In this document: piece by piece, positions 30,942-43,900 of the stretch
Position numbering within the stretch: the first letter of the stretch is position 1
Layout of the letters: each line of letters starts with the position of its first letter
From: Eutreptiella sp. 'Long Island Sound 2002'
Taxonomy: Eukaryota; Protista; Euglenida
DNA: 64,000 bases
Reading direction: 5' to 3'
Assembly (NCBI GenBank): GCA_964036045.1
Contig: OZ038379.1
Span: 9,796,001-9,860,000, forward strand
The notes under the pieces: generated by a model
Seen by the model: only the letters and a program-made list of their open reading frames with translations
What the model was told of the DNA's origin: nothing
Database searches by the model: none
Position numbers and translations under genes: made by a program

Positions 30942-31972
30942 GTTGACCAACGGTGACCATCTGCTAGGTGTAAGTCCAGGACACGGTCAGTCCTGGCACT
31001 CGTATCATTAGTGAGAAAAGGGGGTTCAGACACGCAATTGGTTTCTCAAACGTTGTTATGTGCGCAGCGGGTGCAGTGGGCTTTGTCCCGGTGTGGCACC
31101 ATCAAAGGGTGGCCAGACCCAGGTTGTTGCCAGGGTACCCCTTGCCTGTGTGAAGAATTTCATGAGCATACTATGTGGTGGTGTCCGGTCGAGGGAAACC
31201 AGCCCACGGAGTTGGAGATGGACTGTGACGAATATCGAATCAACCAAGCCACAACTCCATTAAGGTCTAATCACTGCTGTGAAACGCGCTATCTGCAGAG
31301 TCCAGGAGCAGGTTACCACCAACTCCCTACCTGCACTATCCCTGCGACACAGGGTATGTGATATGCCCACCTGTGGGACTATCTGCCATGGTACATCTGC
31401 ACTGAAGGAGCGCGCCGTGAGGTGGTGTCATTCTGTAAGTGCCAAGGAACGACCGAGCAGTCTACCTCCCTCCCGCAAGTGCACACAGCAGACAAGAAAT
31501 CAGACTGGCAGTAATGTTCCAGACAGCGTTCCTCTGTAGTATCGGAAGAAGCGGGCTGTGCAGCACTCTGCAAGGAGGTAGGGTTGCCCTGAGAGATGCG
31601 ATAGTGTATGCTGTAGTTGCGTTTACAACAAAAAAAAAACATTCTCACAATACAATTTTTTTTGTATTACAGTTGCACTTTCCCTGATGCTATGTGCTCC
31701 TGGAAAAATGTGGAAACCCCCAGCATGCACATAGGCTGAACTCTTGGTCAGGCCAACCATCCCACCCTGCCTGGACCTCTGTACTGAAAAAAACAATTCA
31801 GACGGCAGTGATGCTCCGGGTATGTGTCCGCTCTGAAGTAGATATACTGAAGTGCAGTAAGATGCCTTTCAAGTGGGAACTAAAATCCAAATGCATTGCA
31901 CTGCTTCAGTTTTCATTGCCACTTGCATGCGCGTCGTGCACACCAGTCGATGTAACCTTTTTTTTTTTTCAG

Positions 31973-34900
31973 GAGGCCTTTTGAACAATGTCAATGTGTT
32001 GCTTATGAGCGACTCACCGAGAACGGTCTTCCGCACGTATGTATATCCTAGCGGTGATCTGTACTCCGGTGAGTGGCGGGACAACCAGAAGCATGGCCAT
32101 GGCGTTGCGCAGTATGCCACAGGCCATCGGTACGATGGCGAATGGTTCAATGACAAGAAGGTGTGCCGATGCGTCGTGATTGTCCATTACCAAAGTCCCC
32201 ATGCTCCTGCCGTTGTGACTTCACTTTCCGTTGCTGTCGAGGGTGCAAGCAGCGCTCTGGTCCTACTTTCCAACGGAAGTGTGTTCGCTGTGCCAGCGCA
32301 ACTGCACTCCCCTTTGTTTGTGCAGCATGGCCAAGGCACCTTCGCATACGATCAAGGGACCTCGTACACGGGTATGCGCTGCAGGCGCTGTTGCTCCGCA
32401 CTCATCGTGGCACTGCCGCAGGCGCGTGTTTTGTTGACCTGCGAATGGCTTTGTCATCCGAAGTCACGGACATCCCTCGCCGTAGTCCATCGGCCGTCGT
32501 CTCGTCTCCAGCCCCGCCGGTTTGGCGCATACTCACTATCAGTTTGCATGTGGCTGCGTCGATTGTTCTGTGCCCTTACCAAAAGCAGCAATGTCCACCG
32601 CTCAATTTCGCACAGTACAAGTCGCTTGGGTGTTTGGTCTCATTGTCGTCAGGCCTCGTTTATAAGAATTAGTTTGCAGCGTGGGGGCGGGGGGGTCTGG
32701 GTGGGTGGGTCGCTGCAGGGCTCTGGACCTCACCCCTTTTAGGTTTCCGAGGTGCTCCCAGGTTAGTTCCCTGCCACACATTCTTTGCTTGCGTACGGAA
32801 GCCTCGTCAGGTTGTGTTTGGTGGTCTCATTCCTCCTCTTCGTCGCGCAAGCACCAATCTCTCTGTGGTTCTGGGGCATTTGTTGGTCCGTCGGACGGGG
32901 CTCAGATGGAGTACTTGAAGAGTGACAAGCACAAGAAGTGGGAGAAAGCAAGGAAAAGGATGCGGCCTCTCAAATTTGCCAAGGCGAGCAGTCTCTCGGA
33001 ACTTGATGGGGAGTTCGAATATCCACCCACCCCCAGAACAATAGAAAGCAATGTTGACCCTGCCCCCCGATGCCGTGGGTTTTGGGGTCCAGAACTGCAG
33101 TGAGCCCCCGCCCCCCACACACAAGAGCGTCAAAATGTCACGTGATCACGAGGGTGACCTCAAACGTCGCCTCCTGATCCGCCTGCACGGGCCCGATGCG
33201 TGTCATACCGTCGATAGACATGCTGGAGGACTGGGGCCAAACCGTTGGACGCCACAGTTTGCGACACTGACCTCCATGGACCTTCACGAGGGGCAGGTAT
33301 CGGTCCGGAGGACCGGAGCTTCAGGTGCTGCGTTGCTACTGCTTCTCTTTGCTCTGCAGGTTCGTGGGTGGACGATATGAAGCACGGATTCGGGATGGCC
33401 CTCTTTGCCAGCGGCAATCGTTATGAAGGTAGGCCTTCGGGATGGGTATTGGGTGCTTAATGACGCCCACAGGGTCTGTTATTTTTTTTTGGCACTTAGG
33501 ACCTCCCCCAGGGACCGGTCTAGGTACCATCAAATTGCCGTCGATTCCCCCGCCAACCGCCGTCGGAGGCATTTTGAGATGTTTGAAATCAAGGAACATG
33601 GCAGGGCAAGAAACTGCATTCAGTAGGCCTCACTACAGCACATAGCACACACCACACACAGGACGCTGTAGCATGTTCGCTGTACACTACGGACACGAAC
33701 TGTGGAAACCGACCAGTCGACGTGTCCACGGGTAGCCAGTACCCTCCCCCCCCCCCCAAACCCCCCCGCGGGAACGCACGCAGGAACCACACACACCTGC
33801 AGCAGTGCGCGCCGCCACCTGTACTCGAACAGGTCGACAGGAGGTCCCGTCCGGTATTCGAAGGGATCGGTGGGAGACCACCGATCCCGGGACTCGAACC
33901 ACCTCCCTCACGGCAAACGCCGGGTGCGCTGCCACTTGAGCGGCCGCCTTCTGAGAAGTGCTGGAACTTGGCACAGGGAACAACCGCACACGCAAACACA
34001 CACACCACACATGCAGGCGCCTCGGCGCCGCCCAGCCTTCCCACCCTCTGTATGGCTGTATGTTGACCTCCAAAAAGCCAGTACCCACTGGGGTTTTTAA
34101 ATCCTAAGGACCTAAATAGCCCAGGGCCGGTGGCAGTGGCCCACAAGGGTGACCTCTGACCGCCCCACCCCCCACGACCAGGTGACCCGGAAACACAGGT
34201 GTGTGGCCGAGAGGGGCCAGCGCAAGCGAGCATGCCAGTGCGACGGTAGGAGCCAAAGTGGGACACAACAAACGCTACGCCCCAAACTCAGTCCGAAGGC
34301 GACAATGCCCTGAACCCTGTAGAAGCAGCCCGACTCTTACCCCATCCAGGGACGAGGGACGGGACGAACTGCAAAGCACTGTCTGCGTGACACGGACAAT
34401 CATGGAACTGAGATGGCGATGAAGGTCGTGAGGCAGGCGCGGCTGGAGCTAAGTGGCGGGTCCACACCTGACCAATTGAGGCCCCCAAACCCCCCCGGAA
34501 AAATTGCCCAATCTTAATCGCAACCCCGTCCTGGAGTTGGCCTTGCATCTGTCAAATACACAAGGTCCGCTGGCGATGCAGCTTGTGACGGACTATTTCT
34601 TGGCTGCAAATCATAATGAGACACCAAAGCGCCTTCTTGCGTACCTTGCCGTGCCTTTGCAGACTGCGTGAGCGGCCCAAACTACGTTTCTTGGCTGGGG
34701 AACCCGGAAAGCAGGAGTTCAATTGCAATTCCTTGCCAAGTGGTCATGGTCAGGCTGCCCATCCCCATACCAGCGAGGCCCCAAACGCAAAAAAAGGGGA
34801 AACCTGCTGGCGTGCGCCAAACGCAGCTCGACGGTTGGATGGTAACCGTCGGCAGTAGGAGGGTAACCGACGGCAGTAGAAGGGTAACCGATGGCCGTTG

Positions 34901-37900
34901 GAGGGTAGCCTCTTGTTGGTGTTGAGTCTGCCCATGTCACGTCATGTGCCCCATGACACGTGTTTGACATGGGGTCCGGGGGTCCGGCGCAGGCCTGACT
35001 GTGCATACCATGACCCCAGTCCCACACTGGTCCGCTGGCTATCCGTGGACCAGTGTACGCGGACAGGAGAGGTTGGAGGGGGGGGGGTGGGGCTGGCGGG
35101 GGGGATCAGCCCCCCGCCTCCCCCCATCTTCTCTGCTACTATGCCCCAGGGGTCGTCCATTCAACTGTTCCCTCTGAGCGTGACCTCTAGAGGCCCTGTC
35201 AGAGTTTCACTCCAGGGGTTGTTGGGGGTTGTTGGGGGTGGTGGGTGGGAGGGAGGGGCTCGGGCTGCCGGTCATTAAACCATGCCCTCGTGGTCTGCCC
35301 GTTGCGTGTTGCAGGCGAGTGGCACAACGACAACATGCACGGCAACGGCACGTTCATCTACGGCACCTCCGGGGGTGACACGTACGAGGGCGCGTGGTCC
35401 CATGGTAAGATGTCCGGCAGAGGCACCTGGGTATGTGGGGGCGGGACAGGCCGGTGGGCGCGCGTCGCGGGGGGTGCGCGAGCCATGGGTCGTCACATGC
35501 ACCCGACGAAGTCCGGTCATGCGATGGGGTGCCGGATGGGGCACCGCTGTGCACACGACACGACTCAGAGACGGAATGTCGTCAAGGGGATGGGGCGGGA
35601 GTCCGCCTGTTTGGGACTGCACAGGGCCCTGGACGGACGGTGGCTGGCAGTCAGCCGACGGCGTCGACGGCGGTCGATGGTGAACCGACAGTGCTTGGCG
35701 TGGTCTGCCCGCCGTTGCTGTGTCTTCAGAGATGGCAGTGGCACGAGCGCTGTTCCTACGCTGCTCCTACAATTTCGTCCGCCGTTCCTACCGGGGAGGG
35801 GACATTGGGAATGGGCGAAGTTTGGAATGGCACAATTTGGCACAACAAAACACAACAAAAGTGTGCCAGATGATGCCGTGGTATTCTGAAGGTTCGTAGC
35901 CATTCTTCTGGGTGTCATTGCTAGCGCTCTCGGCATGCGCAATCCCATTGTGCCCAATAGCCTCCAACCAACCAAAGGCCCATAGCAAAAAGCAACCACC
36001 ATTCACGGTCTGAGCTTGTTGTTGTGCCACAATCTGGGAATTGGTACCAAGTTTTGCAGCGATGTTTTGAGAATTGGGTGTTTTTCTTTCCACTTTTTGG
36101 GATGGTCATGGGGGACATGGAGCTGGAACCTGCTGCACGCTTCCACGTCCCGGGGCCTTCAGGCGCTGCGTTGTGCTGTTATTCAGATGGCTGCCGACAG
36201 CACCGCACGATACGAAGGGGAATGGCTGGACGGGGTCAGGCATGGGAAGGGGCTGTTGCTGTCGCATGGCCGGACGATGGACATCGTGTACAAAAACGGG
36301 CACGTCGTCGAGCAGACGCCCGCTGCAGTCCCGCTGGACATCGGTGCAGGTGCGGGTGTTACCGTGCCGTGGGGCCCGTCCGTGCGTTCTGAGCGCCGCT
36401 TTCGTCCGTGCTCCGTCGCTCTGCCCCCCTCTGCGCGTGCAAACCCCTTGGCATGGACCCAACAGCCCCGAGCACCATTCCAGGGAAATTGGATGCTGCT
36501 CCTAGCCTGGGAGCACCATTCTGGAAGAAATATAGCTTCTCCCAAGTTAGAAGGGCAGTTCACAAACTTTTGCAACGGTGGAACTCCTCTTCCCAGGCTA
36601 CAGGCTGGTTGGTGACTGTGTGGCACAAGCGGAGGCTCCCAACTTTTAGAGTACGGCTTCCAGCCTTGGAATAGCAGCTCCACCGTTGCAAAAGTCTGTG
36701 AACTGCCCTTCTAGCTCGGGAGAAAAGCTTGCTGATATTAGAATAGCGCTCCTCAGCTGCAAGAAGTATCAGATTGCCTTGGATTGGTGCTCCTGCCCGT
36801 GGTGGAACCATCCTTGGGTCCATGAAAACGTGTCCCAGCCTTTTGAAGTACCCTTTCTATCCTGAGATAAAACGCACAAACTTTTGCAATGGTACTTTAA
36901 AGATTGGGACGTGCGCCACAGCCCCGTCGGACCCCTCTGCCCTTGGGGGCCCTTCCGGCGGACCACAGGCGTGTGTGCCAACGTGTGGCAAAATGTGTCA
37001 ACACAAACATATGAATGTACTGCATGGGCCCCGTGATGGGAAAGGATGAGGGGACAGGGGCATGTGCTTCGCAGTCCATGCACCCAGGGATGGTTTTGCC
37101 TCAGCCTGGAGCACCAATCCTGGGCAATTTAATGCTTCGTCGAGCTTGGAAGCACCATTCAAATGGAAGTAAAGTTTCCTCCTCAGCTAGACGCGCGGGT
37201 CACACAATTTTGCAGCCGAGGAATTTCTGTTCCGAGGCTAGAAAAGGTATTTGAAAGGTTGGGACACATATTCATGGACCCGAGGATGGGTTCACCTTGG
37301 CCTCTAGCACACCTTCGGATATGAGGCTCCCGCCACCATTAACCCCTTGCCCCCCCCTCCCCCCTCTAGGGGGCCTCCTGCCATCGCCCCATCCCCTCTT
37401 TCATCTGGGTCCTTCCGTCTCGTCTGTTCAAATGTGTGATTGCATCTGGACATTGTGTCGGAGCAGTGCACGCAGCAGCAACACCGCCACCACAACAGCA
37501 GCACCCACAGCCTCCAAGGGACTGTGACTAGCCGAATGGTGACGCCCCAAAGGCCAGTGCGGCACGGAAGTGCGCGGGGACACTCGTGCTGGTGGGGGAA
37601 TTGCACACGCAGCGATGAAGGGGGGAAGACAAGCTGCACTTGGAAACAAGAGGCCGAAGGAGACAAAAGGCATTTGTGTGCAGTGGGACAGACATTCCAC
37701 CCTCACCCCCAACACTGCACTCGCCCCCGCCCCCCCCCCCCCCCCACATGACCTCCATGAACAAAAGCAGGTGATACAAAGGACAGGGCTGCCAGTGGCG
37801 TCCGCCAGGTGCGTCCTACTGAGTCCGACACCACACGCAGCTCTTTCCTGCCGCGTACGGGGGCGGATATTACTGAGTGGCAGATGGTACGGGGCTGTGA

Positions 37901-40900
37901 GTGTAATTTGCGGTGGATTGGTCGGTCTGAATGTTCCTTTGCCGTCTGCAGTGCAATCCCCCAAGCATTTGGTAGCGGACCTGCAGTGCGCAGGGACGGA
38001 GGTGTGCTTCATCGGCAACACCATCGCTATGTCCAACGGGGCTCGTGTGGCCTGCGACAGTGTGGTCACCGCGGACAGCACCCACCAGGGGACTATGGAG
38101 CGCATCGTCAAGGAGATGTTTGCAGGCTACAACGTGGCGTATGTGCCGCGCCCTCATCTGCTGAACCGCCAACTGCTGTCAGTTGCATGGCAACTGCTGT
38201 CTATGAGCGGTCACGTGTTCCGTGTACCAACCGTTTGGCAACCGCCGGATTGTGTGACTCAAGCTGTCTGTGCAATCCCTTTTGACACCTTCTGCATCCC
38301 TGCCCCTTGAGAGCATCCCTGTGGGCGGCTTGAGGCTCGAGATGCGGGTATCAGTGGAACTCCCCGCCCCAGAAAGCAAGAGCTGAGCCTTGTGTTGCAC
38401 CCTTCCGACCCTTCGGTATCTCTGATGCGAGTCCCTGTCGTTGTCGCACCTCTCGCCCGGACCGGTCCGGGCACACAGTCCTGTGCCATATGATGCCCCG
38501 GGACAAACTACAATGGGGTTCACAGGAGCACGGGGCAGCAGAAGCCAGGGCATTGGCTGTGGTGTGGCCAATTGGGGGCCGGAGATTCGGCCCGTTGGAG
38601 ACGTTGGCCCGCCGAATCTCTGGCATGCGATTGCAACTGAAGCACAAAGGCAATTTGCTCGGACCCTCCGACTGTGTGGAGCTGTCTGCACAAGTTGGGG
38701 GTCTGCAGGGCGGGACCTGGCGGTCTAAGCATGTGGCGGTGCTTCGTGGCTTTTTCGCCTGGTCCGCTTCCCTTCTCCACCAGGCGGATGTGAGGTGTAG
38801 TCGACGGACGACAAGGGCAGCACTTGTGAGCAGAGGCAGAGTCCCACTCTCACCTCCCAAAGATATTTTTCCCCCATCGTCCCTGGACCAGTGCTGTGGA
38901 CAATTTCCTCCTGCAAACCCAAACCAGCGCGTACAATCGGAAGTACCAACTGGCACATTTACTCAGCCTTTATGGCACCCCCCCCCCCCCCAGCCGAGGC
39001 CTTGTGCCAAGCCCCCCCCCCCCCCCCTCCCCAAGCTTCCCCTCGTGCCCTTGTGGGTTTGCCCCCTGCCCCCCCCCCAAAAAAAAACCTCATCACCGCA
39101 AACAACATTGGTCTTGAACACCCCCCTCCGTCCCACGCAGTAACTCTAATTGTCTCTGCTGAGCCAATCGTCCCACGCCCATGCCTGTGCCGCATTCAGC
39201 CTCGTGGCGTACTCGGAGACCGCCAACTTTTTGACCGCCGTGTCTTCGAAAATCGCCACCGGCTTCGTGGCGTTGCTGTTCAATGCACTGAACAGACAAG
39301 GTCCGCTCGTGTGTGCTTCTGTTGGTGGTGTCGTTGGTGCGGGCCCTGTTCCTGCTCATGCCCAAAGGGGGCAGGCAAAGAACTGCACGGTGGGCAAGTG
39401 GTTGCAGGGGTTTGGGGGGCGAAGTCGGTGTCTAGAAATACTTGCAGGGCACCCTGAGAGAAAGACGCACATGCGGTGCAACGCGCGTTGTGTGCCTTTT
39501 TGACGTGTGCGGACAACATGTTCTTTCCCCTTGTGCTTTTTTCTGCACCTCACCACCATCCTCCCCTCTCATGTGGTGAGCCTGTGTGCCATGGCTGCGG
39601 AATAGGGCGCCAAGCCAGATTGCAATGGCTGTCGCGATGGTTGACAATGTGCGGAATGTGCGCTGAGCCCTATGGCCGATGGGACCATTTCCCACGTGGC
39701 ACCTATGGGCAGCCCAAGGCCACAAGGCATTGTGCCTCTGATTCGGATGCCTCAGATTCCTCATCATCTTTCTTCGGCTCGTCGCTTACGTCTGCTGAGG
39801 AGGAGGAAGACCACTCCTCATAGCTGATGATGTGAACATCGAAATGCAAAACAGTACAATATGGTTGCATCATGGGAATGGGCACCCTGTTGAGCAACAT
39901 TGCAAAACGTGAAATGAGTGCCTCACTGAATTGGGCACACTGAAACGAAATGTCCGAATCAGCCTCACAGGCTTGGGCACCCTGTGGAGCACTGGACTCT
40001 TCGGTCAAAGATGGGCTGGTAAAAACGCACGCACGGTGCGATGCATGTGTTTTTCTCTGAGTGTGCACCGTGTGCTCTGCGCACGCTGTGCGAAAATTAG
40101 GCCATTTTAGACCCGCTTTCCCCGATGGCCAAGGTGACCGCGGTAACTACTGGGCAGTCCCATACACAGGACTGCCCAGATTCCTACTCAATCCAAAAAC
40201 TCAGAGAATGAGTATGTTTCACACTCTGTTTCAAACTGAAACATATTGTGAAACAAACTGTGTTTCACACTGAAAATGCCACATTGCTGTCTGAATCTGC
40301 TGTTTTTTCTTTGTGGACATGTGCTTCCCCGCTGGTGGGTGGTTTTCAGGGTGGTCATGGGACAGCGAGCTAAGTATGGGGCCCTGTGCCCGCGCTGTGC
40401 AGAAACCCCCCCGACCAAGGCCAAAGATTTGTAGGGCCGTACGCTAGACAGTTTGAACAAGGCAAATCCATCTGCAGTTGACAAGAATCGCGCTTCTCTT
40501 CAGTTGCCCTTCTTTTGCACACAAGGGGGTGTCTGTGTGTCAATCATCAGCCTCCTTCTGAGGCCACCGAAATCCAATCTCAGTGTCGGTTGTGCGACAC
40601 GGAAACAGGTGATGCACACCCGTCGCCAGATGTTGCACCGCCGCAGCAACACCACTGTGAACAATCCCGGGGGGGGGGGGGCGAATAGTTGCGGGGGTCC
40701 ATGGAATCTGTTGTTTTACAACGCGCTGCATCATTGCACACACCCTTTGCGCAATCATACCCCCCTCCCTTTACATTCCATTCCACCCGCACGAGAGGCT
40801 TGCGCGCTCAGGATTTCTTTGCGCAGTTTTGAGCGCGCCACAAATGTGTTGCCTGAGCGCATTTTTGCATTGTTGCACGTGACGCTTCGGTTCAATGTCG

Positions 40901-43900
40901 CACGTGCTCCTCGTTGGCGGCCATATTGTGAATGGACCGCCCATCAATTCACACCCACACAGCGTCCTCGGGCAAGCACAGCACGCACACGCACGAAGGC
41001 AGCCTGTCGATGGAGATTGCCGAGATCGCCCCGGATGGGACGCTGCGGGACCTGCTGAATCCTTCACAGTATGACCCGTTGCCCGTGTTCTGTGAGGGCC
41101 GGCCCGAAGCTTGAGTGGTAGATGGCTGTGGTAGGGGGTGCAGAGGATTGTAGTGGGAGAGGGCTGCGGGGGTTGAGGAGGGTCACAGGGGCGGCTGCTG
41201 TTGTGGATTCGACAAGGGGGTTGTCCCAGTAATGGCACAAGCCGAGTGCACCCTCATTTTGGCAAGTGCCGTCCTCAGTTTCAATTCCAATATTGACACA
41301 TATATTTGAGGTCCTCCTGATAAAACAATCATTCGGGTGCAGGCAACTGGCAAACTGCGTCAGGGGCCAGCGTGTTGAGGGCTTTGTTGTTCATCCGTCT
41401 CAAACGGCGACATTGCCGCCAATTGAATCGATTGGCTTTTGGGCCGAACTCCTGCCCCGAAAGTAAGGCCAGGGGTGTGCATTGCAGGTCTGTGGTCCTG
41501 GGTCCCAAGGCGGTGAGGGGGTCTTACTTTCAGGGCAGCCCATTTTGCTTCCACGGTGCTTTGCCCGCAACAGCAAAGTGCCCAAGCCAAGGAGGCACCG
41601 GCTGCTCCCCGAGCGGTCCCTGCTGTTTTGCTCTCCTTCAGAGCAAAGCAAAGCCCCACCTTATGGTTCACGTCTCAGTGGAGTCATTCTGGACCGGTAA
41701 GAGTTGCCTGGCTCTCTCACTGTGCGCCACAAGGGAAGGGGTATTGCTCTCAGGCTGTTGCGTTCCGCGGCCGGGGGGGAGGGTTTATTTTGCGGGGCGC
41801 GCCCCACTTTCCGGGAGGGGGCAGGGGGTGCCCGCCACGGGGGTGGCAACAGGGCCGTGAACAGCCAACCGGGCACGGGGCAGTCCATGTTGTATGGAGA
41901 TGTGAAATCCTCGTATGGGGGGGCAGGCGGGTGGGACAGGAGGGGGTGCGCGACATGGGCACCCAGGAGCGCCACCAGACAGGGGGAGGAGCAACACAGA
42001 CACACAGAACGCGGGAGCCACACCAGGTGGGACAAGGGCGGGCACAACAGACAAGGAGGAGGGGCACAGCAAGGCGGGAGAGGCAACTGGAACAGCGGGA
42101 ACAGAGAGCCAGAATGGAGCGGATAGCAGAGCGTGCGCATGGGAGGCAGCGACAATAAAGGGGATGGCTTGGCCAGCCAACCCCGTCGCTACCGGGTGCC
42201 AGGGCAACCCCTGCTCAACCGGCATCAGGTGGGGGGTGTCTCCCGCAGCCCAGATGGGCTGTTTGCGCAACAGGAGTGGGAGCCCATCAGGGGCAGACCA
42301 GCCGTGAGGGGGAAAGGGGCATATGGTGGACGGCCCGGACAGCGCGTGGAGGAAGGCACCTGGGCCGCACAGAAACACAGCGAGGCAGGCGATGGACGGC
42401 CTGTGGACAGAGGCGCGTGGACAGCCAAAACAGTCAAACGACCCCGGCAACAACCAGCACATCCTCAATACGCCAACTATTGGGCGCCGCTGACACGCAA
42501 ACGGCACACCATGCCACATCCAGCACAGCCCCAACACGCCAACTACTGGGCTCCGCGAACGCGGAAACGACACCAGCTAGAGCACCGGCCACAGCGGCCG
42601 ACAGAAAGTAGCAACCCGACGCAACATGCGAAGGGAAGAACGGGTGACCGTCCAGGGCCCCGTAAAGGAGCAACAACCAGACGGAATGTCACACAGGGGG
42701 GGCTTATTTCAGGAGCGGTCTTGTTTTCCGAGAGGGCGCTTACACAAAGTGAAGCCAAACATGAATTCCGATTGAGGGTTCAGTGCGATGGTCCGTTGAT
42801 GCTCGAGGCTGCTCGCCCCTCACCGAATGTTGATGGAGGGAGACGACCCGTTGGTTTGGCCAAAGACAAGGCGGTGGGGGCCCTAGTGGAAGGCACAGGC
42901 TGGGGCCTGCGCTTGGATGCCTCTTGTGCCGTCGTTTGGGGACAGGGATGCATCGCCGCCCGCACAGGACGAGTGCCGTGAAGATGGAGAAGAATGCAGA
43001 TGGCGTGTATGATATCACCGGACTGCATCGGGAGGTGTGCGCTTGGGTGGTGCTGGACCGGAACGGGCAGGGGAGGCCTGGGGCTCGCTCCGATTGGTTG
43101 CGTGGCGTGGGGTTGTATCGTTTTGACTGTGGGCATACCGCTGGACCAGCACGAGGGGGTTGCATCCCCTCGTGCCACGGAGCACCCACCAGGATGCAGA
43201 CCACCCTGGGCCCCACCCGAGGGGGCTTTGAGTTCACGGGGATGCCCTCGCACATCAGGCAGGCACGCGCATCCGAACGCGCACGCAGACACACACCGGC
43301 CAGGCCAGATCTGAGTGCCCAGCGGCAGGGCTTGTGTTCGTGGCTTGCTGCCATTGTGTAGGACATAGGGGCCGGGTCCCCGCAGTTCCCCACACAAACA
43401 CACACTCTGCCCCCACTCACATGTGCGTGCGTGCGTGTGGATGTATGTTGGTGGGTGGGTGTGTGTGCTCGGTGCTCGAAAACGGGCGACCCATGTGCAG
43501 CTGTGAGGCAGCATGGTACTGCGGAGGCATGACCGCTTTATGGCTGTGGCCAGCCCCAGGGATGTATTAGGACGGCTGACAACCGTGGGAGGAGGGGGGT
43601 ACCCCCGCCCCCCTGGGCCCAGATTGCACAGCGGGAAACAATGAAATTTACAAAAGGAAATATTGACTTGGGCCATTTTTGGTACACAAACTTTTGGGTT
43701 CCAGACCTTCCCCCCCCTTCCTCTCTTCTAATACATCCCTGACCACTGGGCCAATGAGTGCGTGTGTACATGCATGAATGAGTGACTGTGTGGATGAGTG
43801 TGTGCGTGGAAGTGGAACATCGCAGTCCGTGCATGATTGGACGCACGCGCGCACAGACACTCACTACGGCTCAATGTTTAGCAGTCCTGCATGTGAGCCA

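Noticed and set aside
32681-33133. Extra exon candidate (MEYLKSDKHKKWEK...) between MORN exons
   Set aside because: Exons 32326-32371 and 33360-33428 join to complete a MORN repeat exactly, leaving no room for it.
33878-33948. Functional tRNA genes here and at 62970-63042 and 63638-63710
   Set aside because: Only A/B-box-like motifs; no consistent acceptor and anticodon stems; treated as SINE heads.
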